Of a stretch of 64,000 bases of DNA, positions 31,083-43,700 are shown in pieces; within the stretch, counting starts at the first letter, position 1, and each line of letters opens with the position of its first letter. Where the stretch lies: the NCBI GenBank assembly GCA_012295275.1, contig CM022678.1:9114001-9178000 (forward strand), in the 5' to 3' direction. Made by a program: the position numbers and the translations under genes. The notes under the pieces are model-generated. The model was not told the origin of the DNA. It searched no databases and saw only the letters and a list, made by a program, of their open reading frames with translations. The stretch comes from Chrysomallon squamiferum. Lineage: Eukaryota; Animalia; Mollusca.

Positions 31083-32091
31083 GATGAAGTCGACGAAGAA
31101 GAAGATGAACATAAATAAATAAATAAATATTGCTAGTAATTTTGTCAGATGAAAAATCAGAGGCTGGCTAATTTTAGTTAACAATGAACAGCTCTTTTTC
31201 GCTTACGTACAGAAAATGTCGTGTTTCACTACACATCCTCCGACCCCGTACATTCGTATCCAACAGAAATGAAATTGTGGAAACAGACTGACATTTGAAA
31301 TGGTTTGACACCTGCAAATCATTCTAATATCGTTTTGTACGCGAACACTCGTTATCGCCGTATAAAGCACGAAGTGTAATAACGTTAAAAGTGGGTCAAG
31401 AGTTCACTCGCTGAAAACCATGTTTGTTTCACGAGCTTTGCGTGCGTCTTTTGTCCCAGTTTCAACAACTGATTTTATTTAAATATGTCGGCAAGAATTT
31501 CCGTACAGTATGAGTGAAGAAGTATTAAGCTTTCAGAAAAAAAAGAAGAAGAAAAGGAGGGAAAAGAAAACCAAAGGGTGACGTAGAAATAACGAGTGTT
31601 ATAAATTGTAATAAAATATAAAAATAATAAAAATTGTGTTAGAAAATATTTTGTCCTGATTGGGGTTAGTGTGTTCTTGACGTCTGCAATAGTATGCATT
31701 ATTAAAAAAAAAAAGGAAATAAAAAAAAAAAAAAAAAAATAAAAGAATCATTATAATAATAATAATTGTTATAATATAATAATAATAAAAAAAAAAAAAA
31801 CTAATGACAAATAAAAAAAGGTATTCACTTTCTTCAACTAATAAAATTCCAAAGCCTTTGTCAACAGTAACAAAATAGAACGTCTGCCTGTACTCTTGTA
31901 TACAGTCACTGATCGACGAGTGACACAACTTGACCTTTAACCCCACTTTTTTTGTGTCGTGTAGTAAACTTTGAACTCTGCTTGTAATCCTTTTTTTTTT
32001 TTAAAAAAGAAGAAAAAAGCGTGTATTATTGTAGTTAAGCAAACTACTGAATTCGTCGAATCGAACATTTATTTCTTTGTTTAATTTAAAA

Positions 32092-32126
<35 letters not shown>

Positions 32127-32535
32127 GAAATAAAAATAATAATTTAATTTAAGAATAAAAAAAATAAAAGTAAAATAAGAAAAAAAAAGAAAAGAAAGTA
32201 GGTAATAGGAAATATTGTAAATTAACATAAAACAAACTGTGTAATAAATCAAAATTTTTCCCAATCTAACACTTAATTATTATATCGAAAATGGTGATAT
32301 TTCCATCTCTATTTATCTACAGCATTTCGGGATGGTAATATTTCTCAATAGTTTTACCAAATAAGGGATTGAATATTATATCAACACTGTTAGTAGAATA
32401 TTATATCAACACTGCTTGAAAAATGTATGTAACACAGTTATTTTGTAAGCATTTTAATTTAACACATGTTGCAATTACCAATTAAGGTAATTGCAACATG
32501 TGTTACAATGGCGTTACATTCAATTAAAATTTTTA

Positions 32536-32566
<31 letters not shown>

Positions 32567-32828
32567 TCGTTCAGGAATAAATGAGAATAGCGTCTCTGAA
32601 TAAAACCGTCACAGTTTTTTCATCTTTTCATAAAGTGAAACCCGATTTACAGGTTTGTTGGACAACAGAGAAAGATAATACACTTCTACAACCAAAATAG
32701 ATATTGATTAAACTTGTATGGTTACATAGAGACGACTATCGATCTTTTTTTTATGAGATAAATGTATAATCAATAGTAATGTAAAACAGGACACAAAGAT
32801 TAACAAACGTATGCTTTTAGTCACGTTC

Positions 32829-32867
<39 letters not shown>

Positions 32868-33429
32868 TTTTTCCTCTCAGTATTAGATACCTTTGTTTAG
32901 TATTGTCAAAACACATACACACACACACACACATACGCACAACCCCCCCACACACATATATGGTTTTTAAACTAATTAATTCAGTATATTATAGTATATT
33001 ACATTAGTTGCCAAATCTGAACATATACTCTTTATTTCCATGCATGAATGAGGGAATTTATTGTATATATATATAATTACAAGACGCAGAAAAAATGGCG
33101 GCAAGCAAGATGATAAATCACGATTTTGCGATCCTCCTGCAATTTACCGGGCGCCATTTTGGTGACATTTCGGGTTTCCATTATGTTGTATCCTAAAGTT
33201 GTATCCTAAGCAGAAGCGAGCGTAGCGACAGTATCATTATCTTAAAAAAAATTCCGCATGAATTAAAAACACATATTAAACATTTAGTACAGACCCGAAA
33301 CCAACTATTCATCTATCAGAAAAATAAAACTGCGAGAAAATGCCTTTAAAATTTTACTAATGTGTTTTGAAAATACTGTCAGCTTTTTTAGTTTTCATTG
33401 TTCATTTTATTTTAAGTGTCGAGATCTTC

Positions 33430-33775
33430 AGTGACTACATTTTGAGCGATTCATACATAGCGATTGTCAGTTTGAGCGATTGACAATAGAGCGATTGTAG
33501 TCTTTAAGTGTTTAATTAGCGATTTAAAGCGAAAGTATCTGGGAATTTTTAGAAGAAATTAATTAAACTAAATTAATTTAGAAAACTGGGCATGAGTTCC
33601 GAATGTTCGAGTATTTATAGCCTAAAGAAACTGAAATAAAATACATTATTTTCTTTTTGTATATAGTTTTTATCATTTTCCTATCACCTTTAAAACAGAA
33701 AATGCTAACGGTACATCACTTAATCTGCCAACCACAGAAATTGCTAGGCGTAGCATGTAGTCGCTCAAACGTCAT
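33430..33775. mobile_element. Possible MITE remnant with GAGCGATT subterminal repeats (inverted copy at about 57045-57395)
   Basis: Five AGCGATT motifs at 33445-33525 and an inverted ATGTAGTCGCTCAAACGTC at about 33755-33773. Confidence 0.35.
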
Positions 33776-34153
33776 TGAACAGTTTTATATTTTATGTATA
33801 TATTATGTGTGTGTATAAATTTTCCCCAGGAAAAACAAAATGATCGAAATATATATATATATATATATATATCGATAGATAGATATAAAACAAAACATAA
33901 TGTGTTTGTAACTAAAAACAGAAAGTAGCGGCAACATATGTTAAAATAAATTACGTTTATTTTTGTAAATTTATTAACTAAGCTGTAGATAAACAGAGAG
34001 CGAATCAGCTGCACATAATCATCACATTTCATATAATAATTAATATCGGCAAATCAATTTAATTATAATGACAGAAAATAATAATTTTACTCAGTCATAT
34101 TTCTTTCACACACACACACACACACAACACACACACACACAGTATATGCACGT

Positions 34154-34193
<40 letters not shown>

Positions 34194-35060
34194 GATTAAT
34201 TACACTTATATAAAAAAATAATAAAATTTATTAAATTTAATTACAATTATGCTTGTAGTTTGCGTATATTTGTGACAGTGTTTTATTTTTAATCATATCT
34301 CTTGTGTCCACTGAATGAACCTGACATTGTCAAACATTCATGAACTCATCTCTTTCACGCATAGAAACAAATAGTATGTTTAGATTAGTCAATTAATGAA
34401 ATATGTTCTATAATATATATATTTAATTAATTAGATTAAAACCATTTTATATATATATATATATAATAAAATGAAATAAAGCTATTTAAACAGACAGAGA
34501 GATATATATATATTTATTATTATTTTGTTACTATTGTTTATACGTGACTGAAATCATATATTCACCTTGTATGCTGTTTTTCATTATTAAAGTTTATTTA
34601 TATATCTTACGAAAAGACCTGATACCGCCAGTTCACTTTTCAAGTTTAAACACGATACAATTTTGGCGGCTAAATGTATTATCTTTCTCTGTCCCACTTC
34701 AAGCTGGCCGCTGTGTCTATTATTACAACATGTGTGATAGGCTCTAACCAGCATTTTATAAATTAATTCAGTACACAAACTATGTTAAGGTAGTTGTTAA
34801 TTTTAATCCTGTTTACTTAACTACAACAATTTAAAAATTTCACGATTATTTTTTATCAGAAGAAACAAACGTTTTATAGAAAACTTCAAAGCTTCTACCC
34901 CTTTTTTTTTTTTACATGATATGGTATCTTCCGCTCAGTAAGTGTCGTCTGACAAAATCGGGCTGCGCTAATGCAAGAGTAAATTGACCTTGCAGTCGAA
35001 CAAGCGGATACATTATTTTCAGCTGCTAAAATTTTCATTTCTCAAGACTAAGTAAGTCAA

Positions 35061-35121
<61 letters not shown>

Positions 35122-35409
35122 GTGTTCTAAGATATTTTAAAATATTATTTTCAAAGTCAATTCCACGATTACTGTATCGTGCGTGGTATATGATTTTCAA
35201 GAAAAGTAGGTCGTCACATTGCGAGAAACGATTTCTTTTCTAGTGGTGTATTAAATTAACTTGCAACATTCATGGATACACACACATGTTTAGTTTGTTG
35301 GTGTTTTTTTCTTTGCTTCATACAATTTATTACAGCCGACTTCGTTTATTATATTAGTTTTGTCGCCCACAATTTACAACAGACTGTCGTCTTCCTTCTC
35401 AAATTAAGA

Positions 35410-35419
35410 GTGACGTCAC
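35410..35419. promoter_or_regulatory. Palindromic CRE/ATF site upstream of the copy 2 ATG
   Basis: GTGACGTCAC, homologous to 1430-1439. Confidence 0.45.
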
Positions 35420-35688
35420 AAGGTTAAATTTAGCAAGTTCGTAATGCACTTTTATTTTACAAATAAGACTAAATAAACAGTTTTTTTTAATAATTTACAT
35501 TCGCAGTTTTTATATTTATCATTTCATTATTTATTTATATATACCATTCGTCGTACCTCCAGTCAATTGTTTTCAGTCAACTGTTTTCATTATTATTTTA
35601 TTATTATTATTATTATTATTATTGTAATTATTATTACTTAGTTACATTTTTCTTTCTCTATATTTTCACTTAGTCTTCCCAGGTGTTG

Positions 35689-35767
<79 letters not shown>

Positions 35768-35772
35768 CAGAT

Positions 35773-37813
35773 ATGGCAACAGCTTCAAACTCGGATGACA
35801 GTATTTCGTGTGCTCTGCTCTGTTTGGACGTTTTCGACAAACCAAGAGTTTTTTCATGTGGACATTCGTTCTGCTTGAAATGCCTGCAGAATTACATCAG
35901 CACAAATTACAACAACAACGACACAGAAATAAGCTGCCCGTTCTGCAGGCAGAATGTCCACATTCCAGACAGCACGAAACCAGTGGAAACATGGGCAGCT
36001 CAGTTCTCTATAAACAAGTCACTGGTGGACGCCATTAACAAAATAGAACATTTAACGTGTTGTGAGTCAGCTTTGCTATGCCTTGATCAAACAATAATAA
36101 TAAAAAAAAAAAAAAAAAATACACTGATCATTTAACTAAAAATATTTGTTGTTTTATTAACCATCGCAGCATAAAGAAATAGAGGACATTTTATCTATAA
36201 CATTTTTCTACTCAGATTTTACATTTAGTTGATAAAATAAATTCTATATCTCTTCACATTGTATGCATGTCTTTATTAATAGTAGTAGTACTAATATTAT
36301 TATTATTATTATTATTCTATTATTTATTTTATTTATTTATTTATTTATTTATTTCAGCTAAAAAGGGAGGCCACATTTCAATTCTGAGTTCTGTTTCTGA
36401 GAGTCTCAAATCCTACAAAGAAATTCTTCAGACAGAGATGGATGATAAGATTGAGCAACTTCGCCAAGCCGTCGACATCAACGTCGTGGACACCACAGAA
36501 GAGGTCAGAAGGATTGGTAACACACTAATCACAGATTTCACAGCCGCAGTCCACAAAGAACAAGACAGGCTAATAAGAGAAATAGAAAAATCTCAGAACT
36601 TTGTAAACTCAGAAATAGAAAAATTGTTCAGTGAACACAAACATCTGATTGATGAAAATGAAAAGTTTATAAAACTTGGTGAAAATTTGATAAAAGAAAA
36701 ATCAGAGTCAGACATAAAAACAAATCTTCCAAAATTCACCAAACTTCAAAACACAACTTCCGAGTTTCTGACAAATTCTCTTTCACAAATAGAAAAAGTA
36801 GAATTCAAAATAAATCTCAGAAAATCTGATAAAAAGAAAGAAATGTCTGTACACATCGGTGAAATAATCACAAACATCGAAACAGACACACAGATAGACA
36901 AACAGACAGACACACTCAAACACACAGACACCATTAACACAAAAACACACACAAACACACAGACACCATTAACACAAAAACACAACACACAGACACACAG
37001 ATAGACAAACAGACAGACACACTCAAACACACAGACACCATTAACACAAAAACACAAGAAGATAAAATAGATCCAGTTGTGTTTTCCATCCTGGTGTCAG
37101 GTGAGGACAAGAGTAAAATTGTTGTTAGTGATAGAAACAATAAATGTGTAAAATGTTTTTGTTTAGAAAGAAAATCACTGATAAACAAACATGTGACTTC
37201 CACTGGTCCACGCGGTCTTGCTGAGTCACGTGATCAGCAGGGTGATGCTGTTGTTGTCGTTGCTCTGCCAAATCAAAATAAAATATTGTTTTTAAATTTG
37301 GAAAACTTCAAACTGATAAAAACAATTACAACTGGTAAACAGTATGAGTTTATCTCTGTGTTACCTGGCAACCGTCTCGCGGTCACTGGTGCGTGGTCTA
37401 ATCAGTGCTTGGACATACTGACAGACAGTGGTCAGCTCATTAATTCTATCTCAACAGATTTGATCCCCAGTCCGAGGTTTCTCACAGTTCACGATCAATG
37501 TCTGATTGTTGTGTCACTGGGAGAAAACAGTTTATTTTGTGTGACGTCATCAGGTGACGTCAAATGGAAGTCACGTGATTCAGACAAACTGAGAGGCTTG
37601 GCAGGTGTTACATGTGACAGGGAGGGAAATATTTTTGTTTGTAGTTGGAATAGAAAATGTGTTGTTCAGTTCTCTCGAGATGGTAACATTACACGTGACA
37701 TCCTCACTGACCAGGATGGACTGTCCGAACCTTGGTGTGTCTGTTGTGATGACAACAAACTCTACGTGGCACAGTTTAATGAAATAAAAATATTTACGTG
37801 GTGTAAAAAGTAA
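35773..37813 (+). CDS. TRIM-like RING / coiled-coil / NHL-type beta-propeller E3 ligase without B-box, copy 2 (one net frameshift in the linker repeat)
   Basis: ATG at 35773 follows acceptor CACAG. RING exon 35773-36061; intron 36062-36357 (GTGAGT...TTTCAG, phase 1); exon 36358-37813. The coiled-coil frame stops at 37002-37004 after a shift at about 36946-36952. The propeller frame is open from about 36953 to 37813 and ends IKIFTWCKK*. Confidence 0.88.
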
Positions 37814-38085
37814 ACTTCAAACTGTCTGCTAAGTTAGTTTCACTGAACTGTTTTGAAGTTGAAAGTCCACAGACATTTCTTTCTTGTAAATAAACAGAAA
37901 ATCAGTTATTTATTTACTGTAAGGTAATTAATTTAGTTAATTTGTTTACTTTCTTTATTTTTATTTTTAAATATGTTATTTATTTATTATGAATTACTTT
38001 ATCGTTTAAACTTGCTAAATTACAAAATAGATTTCACTTTAAAACAAACTCTGATTTACTTTTGAAATTTTCACCAAGTTTTGTC

Positions 38086-38175
<90 letters not shown>

Positions 38176-38597
38176 TCTAAACTATTCTATTATTTTGCAA
38201 AGTAATTTATTTCAATGAATGTTGTACATATTTGTACATACTACAATGCAATCAGACAAAAGTGCAATAAAATATTTATATGATAATAAATAAAATTGTT
38301 CTGTCTTTATTTCATTTAAATTTTAAAACTCTTTTACATTGTTTCGTGATCTCTTTGTCTGTATAGCTAATATATATTCACCTAACTGTATGTCTGTCTG
38401 TATAATATAATTAATGTGTATAATGTCAGTGTAGAACAAACTAGTTCAATGATGAGATTTATTATAAATTTATTATTAACAGCTAATACAAATTGTTGTT
38501 TTGGAGATCCCTAGCATTTTCAACATGTGAAAAATCTCTGTGACACTTTCCCCGCGGGTCGGGAGAAATGTTTCAACACGTGCAAAAGGTGCGCGCA

Positions 38598-39190
38598 AAC
38601 ATACACACAAACATACATATACATACACACACATACACATAGACATACATACACAAACATACATAAAACACATACACATAGACACACATACACATACATA
38701 CATACAAACACATACATACGCATACATACTCATACATATACATACACACATATACATTCGTACACACATATACATACACACAAACACACACATTGATACA
38801 CATAAACATACACACATACACACACATCTACACACAAACATACATACAGGTACACATGCACACACAAACACACACATACATACACAGACACATACACACA
38901 TACACGCACACACATCCACACACACATACATACACAGACACATACACTCACGCACACACACCCATACTCACAAACACACAAACACATACATACATACATA
39001 CACATACACAGAAACACACAGACATACACATACATACACATACACACAAACACACACATACACATAGACGCACATACACATACATACACATACATACATA
39101 CAAACTCTTACACATAGACACACATACACATACATACATACAAGCACATACATATAGATACACACACATACACATACATACACACATACA
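38598..39190. repeat. Degenerate (CA)/(CATA)n microsatellite
   Basis: Directly visible; positionally equivalent to the (CA)n tract after copy 1. Confidence 0.95.
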
Positions 39191-39199
39191 CGCAGATGC

Positions 39200-39920
39200 A
39201 CATAATGGAGATAAAGATAAAACACGCACGAAGTATAGTTACATTAACACACAGTTATACACATTAATACACATAACGGTGATAAAGATAAAACACGCAC
39301 ATGGTATACTTACATACGTACACACACAGTTATACATACTAATACATACAAAGGAGATAAAGATAAAACACGCACATAGATATACACACAAAGACACTGA
39401 TACACATAATGGAGATAAAGATAAAACACGCACAAAGTATAATTACATAGATACACACAGTTATACACACTAATACATACAAAGGAGATAAAGATAAAAC
39501 ACGCACGAAATATACTTAAATAGATACACACGTACACACTGATACACATAATGGAGATACAGATAAAACACGCACAAAGTATACATACATAGATATACAC
39601 ACACAGACGCTGATACACATAATGGTGATAAAGATAAAACAAGCAAAAAGTATACTTACATAGATACACACACACACACTGATACACATAATGGAGATAA
39701 AGATAAAACACGCAAAAAGCAGAGTAACATAGATACACACACAGACTCTGATACACATAATGGAGATAAAGATAAACCACGCACAAAATATAGTTACATA
39801 GATACACACACACAGACACTGATACACATAACGGAGATAAAGATAAAACACGCACAAAATATAGTTACATAGATACACAGACACTGATACACATAAAGGA
39901 GATAAAGATAAAATAAGCAC
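39200..39920. repeat. About 60-67-bp minisatellite, about 11 copies
   Basis: Recurring GATACACATAATGGAGATAAAGATAAAACACGCAC; related to the array at about 8570-8890. Confidence 0.92.
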
Positions 39921-40508
39921 GAAGAATGCTTATATACATGAAGCATTGTTAGTAACATAACCACCAATATTGCATCTACTAGCACACTACGATAACGATC
40001 ACCCCAATAACATTATGACTACCACAACGACTGTTTCCAATACCCACCATACTAGTGCTACTGTAACCACCATTACTATTACAGCCACTAATACTATTAC
40101 TACAACTATTTATGCCAATATTGCGAATGCTATTTTTGCTGTTTATTACCACTAGTATTACTGCTGCTACTACTACTATTACTAATACTGCTACTACGAC
40201 TGCTATGACGACTGCACATAACACTAATAAGAAAAACACAGCTGCAAAATGATACAGAGGGAAACGTTTTGTTTCTAAAATTATTTACCAGTGTAACCCA
40301 TGCTAAACACTCAGAAAATAAAATACGAGTATGTTTTATCCGTTTTATTTTCTTAGCTAATAATTTTACAGTCTTTAATTATTTTTATTTTTATTAGCAA
40401 TATTAGTATTAGTGACAATGTAAAAGATTTCGCTGGCATTTCAGTTAAAACACATTTTTGTATTTTTCAACTGAAAGACTGATTTAATATTTGACTAAAC
40501 ACACACAG

Positions 40509-40612
<104 letters not shown>

Positions 40613-40856
40613 AGAAGAAGAAGAAGACGGTGTTTTAGGTAAATTTACGTGTTAAATACAGTTATTTCTATTAGAACGTGAAACTTCAAGATATTGCGCC
40701 AAGGCTAATGTGCACGTGCAAGATCAAAATAATTTTTTTTTTTCTGTGAATTCACCTATTTCTATAAAATGTTTTAGAGGAAAATTTGGCAATAGTACTA
40801 GTTCTTTTATGTCACCGTATTGTATTTGTCTTTTAAACAGCTGATTTCGATTTTTA

Positions 40857-40915
<59 letters not shown>

Positions 40916-41381
40916 TATAACTTACGCAGTTACTGTAAAAAGTTTATTTAACATCAAAAATGCTAGTTTAGCATCTTATATGAAAGCTATCATCCAGTAA
41001 GAAAGAAAACAAAGTGAAATTAGATGTGTGTGAAAAACGTGCAAACTGAACTAACAAGGAGGACACTACAGCTGACATGTAAACTTTTGTAATCCACTAA
41101 ATGATTTGTTTCAACCTGTTAATCACAGAGAACTCCCTCGTTAGACATCTAGCAGTAACTAAAATACCTGACGGGTGGTAATGCATTACTTTGAATTTAC
41201 AGGTGGAACTTTTTAAGTCCATGACCTAGAAACATACACACACACACAAACACAAACACACATACACACAAACACACACACACAAATACAAACACACATA
41301 CACACACAAACACACACACAGACACACACAGTCACATACATATATACATACATACACACACACATACATAAATCACATATT

Positions 41382-41462
41382 GCGTCTGTACTTATCAATG
41401 TAGTCTGTACTTATCAATGTAGTCTGTACTTACCAATGTAGTCTGTACTTATTAATGTAGTC
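41382..41462. repeat. 19-bp tandem repeat, 4 copies
   Basis: Unit GTCTGTACTTATCAATGTA. Confidence 0.92.
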
Positions 41463-41571
41463 ATTCGACACATCGAAACAGGTAACAGTTAATTACTTTA
41501 TTCCTAGTTATACACGGCTAACGATCAGATTATGAAAACATAAATTAACATCACTTTTTCATGTCAAATAT

Positions 41572-41658
<87 letters not shown>

Positions 41659-41940
41659 CGGGCAGAGAAAGAGAAAACTGATGGACCTGAAAGATAAATA
41701 GTAAAAATTGCTTCATAATTCTTTTTTTTTTTTTTTTTTTAATCGAAGATAATGTAAGTATTTTACCTTGTAAAATAATAAAACAGAAATTGAAAAGCTG
41801 CATCCTTTGTTCTTTTGATACCGTAGATAAATTTAAAATCCGTGTTTTATTTTATTTTTCATGTAGCACCTTATGCCAATTTCTGTTTGTTTTTTTCTTC
41901 TTTGTTTTCCCTTCTGTATATTTATTTCTTTATTCATTTC

Positions 41941-41973
<33 letters not shown>

Positions 41974-42623
41974 TATTATTATTATTATTATTATTTCTTC
42001 TTGTTTCTTACTTTATTTTATTTATTCATTTTAGTTTGTTATTCCATATTATTTTGGAAATAAGTTAATTAATCAAACGAGAAACAATCGAGTAATGCGC
42101 AGAAACAAAGACATCTGACATTAAGTGTGATTTGTAAAACGTTTTCATATCTGTCTGTTTTCTAATTTATTTTGTTTGTAATCAACACAAATGTTACAAA
42201 CGATCTGAAGGCAGCAGACGTTCAAACTTTCAGGAATAAATATATAAATACTGCAAAAATGAGCGAATTAATTAATGCATGCACTGAAACACATTTGTTA
42301 CTTGTTTTGTTTTCCAACTAGCGTAATACACATATTGATCAGTGTATTATTTATTTGGGTTACAACTACGAGTCAAAAGTTTTCACTTACAAAAGACCGT
42401 GCTATGTAACACGACCCTTTCCAAGAAACAAAATGTTTTGTTGTTGATAGTAATAAATGGTTGTGACCGCTAAGCAGGTTTTCCAGTGTCAAAACAGTGG
42501 ACTGCTAGTACTAGTTATAGACTTGTAATAATTAAAGAAATAATAAAATAAAATAAGTAAAATAAAAAATGCTCGTTATATTAATGTGTCGACGACGCAA
42601 ACATATTTTTTCGCATTATGTTA

Positions 42624-42676
<53 letters not shown>

Positions 42677-43002
42677 GTGTAACTGAACTACTTTTATTCT
42701 GTAGTTTATTTTGTAGTTTTAAATTAAATTTAACAAAAGATTCAACAATCAATATTCAAGCAATGTCCGTGAGCTTGATCACAAATTTCAGTGCTGGATG
42801 ACTTCGCGTCTTCGGTTTCATATTAATGGGGTTTTCTGTTGTTGATGTTTTTCAAAATGTATTTCTTAAATTAACTGATAATAATTTTTGATAACCAAAT
42901 CTTTAGTTTTAAAACAGAAACATCTACAATATTTGAACTCAAACTTATTAGAGATAATCACACACACATACACACACACACACATACACACATACACATA
43001 CA

Positions 43003-43049
<47 letters not shown>

Positions 43050-43499
43050 ACACACATACATTATTGCTAGTGTTGCTTACTTTCTGTCCCAGTTTGTTAT
43101 TTTGTCTGTGAAGTCTGTGATGAAAAAAAGTTCAGTTATCGGCAACAAAACTTTATCTTATTTTATCTTGTAACAAACATTTTCACATGGCGACTCTTTA
43201 ATTTAAATACTTAATGACAATAAAATTCGCTTCTCCGACTATTCTGAACCATTCATTACAAAGACTGAGGCAAAGGATATGATTATCAGAAAGATTACTT
43301 TTTTGTTCTGATGGATTAACTAACTGGGCATTAAACCACTGAGCTAAAAAACAAAGACCGTCTAACGAACGAGCATTTCAGACCCGACAACAGCAGGAGC
43401 GGGTCTGTTAGGAAGCTAATGAAGTTTAAGTTTCAGTGTTCTAATTCTAGAGGAGCCCCAGAATCTACGTTAGTCCACATTTCTTCAACATTTTAATTA

Positions 43500-43700
43500 A
43501 CAGCTGAGACGCGATGAAACCTTTCACAGAACACCGCCATAGAAGAAGATAACAGCAGCTACCCAGACATCGCTGCGACTTGCTGGATGGCCTCATAATA
43601 GTTCAGTCTTCAGAAATGTAGATCATTCACTGGACAGACAAGAATACCTGTTTTGACGTCTGGCGTGACGTAATCAAACTGATCACAAAACTCTGCATGT
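43500..43700 (-). mobile_element. Possible hAT transposase C-terminal dimerisation remnant
   Basis: VAAVI...SMAVFCER.F across frameshifts resembles the ST..CER.FS motif; weak. Confidence 0.3.

Larger units (their letters stand above)
21851..31311 (-). pseudogene. Decayed multi-exon unit (pseudogene, transposon-borne gene or lncRNA), divergent from copy 2
   Basis: GC-richer islands bounded by AG/GT on the minus strand: 31207-31311, 30651-30809, 29758-30004, 29037-29289, 28658-28716, 28038-28260, 27434-27778, 26962-27135, 26018-26031, 21851-22031. No intact spliced ORF; whether they form one unit is unproven. Confidence 0.4.
24935..38600 (+). repeat. Segmental duplication arm containing copy 2 and about 11 kb of upstream sequence; inverted copy at about 52390-62432
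   Basis: Near-continuous reverse-complement identity, e.g. 33090-33800 vs 57030-57740 and 28605-30500 vs 60240-62045. The inverted copy lacks about 25395-28603. Confidence 0.92.

Noticed and set aside
35683-35772. Poly-Leu N-terminal extension (apparent signal anchor) in frame with the RING in copies 2 and 3
   Set aside because: It is an intronic (TTA)n repeat starting at GTG with no ATG. Splicing from the upstream donor would place TAA immediately before it.
37058-37813. Diversity-generating-retroelement-like or somatic hypermutation mechanism for the variable patches
   Set aside because: No template repeat or intact reverse transcriptase in the window, and substitutions are not adenine-specific. 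Selection plus paralogue exchange is sufficient.
42360-42390. Tc1-like terminal repeat TACAACTACGAGTCAAAAGTTT
   Set aside because: No matching inverted end or transposase found.
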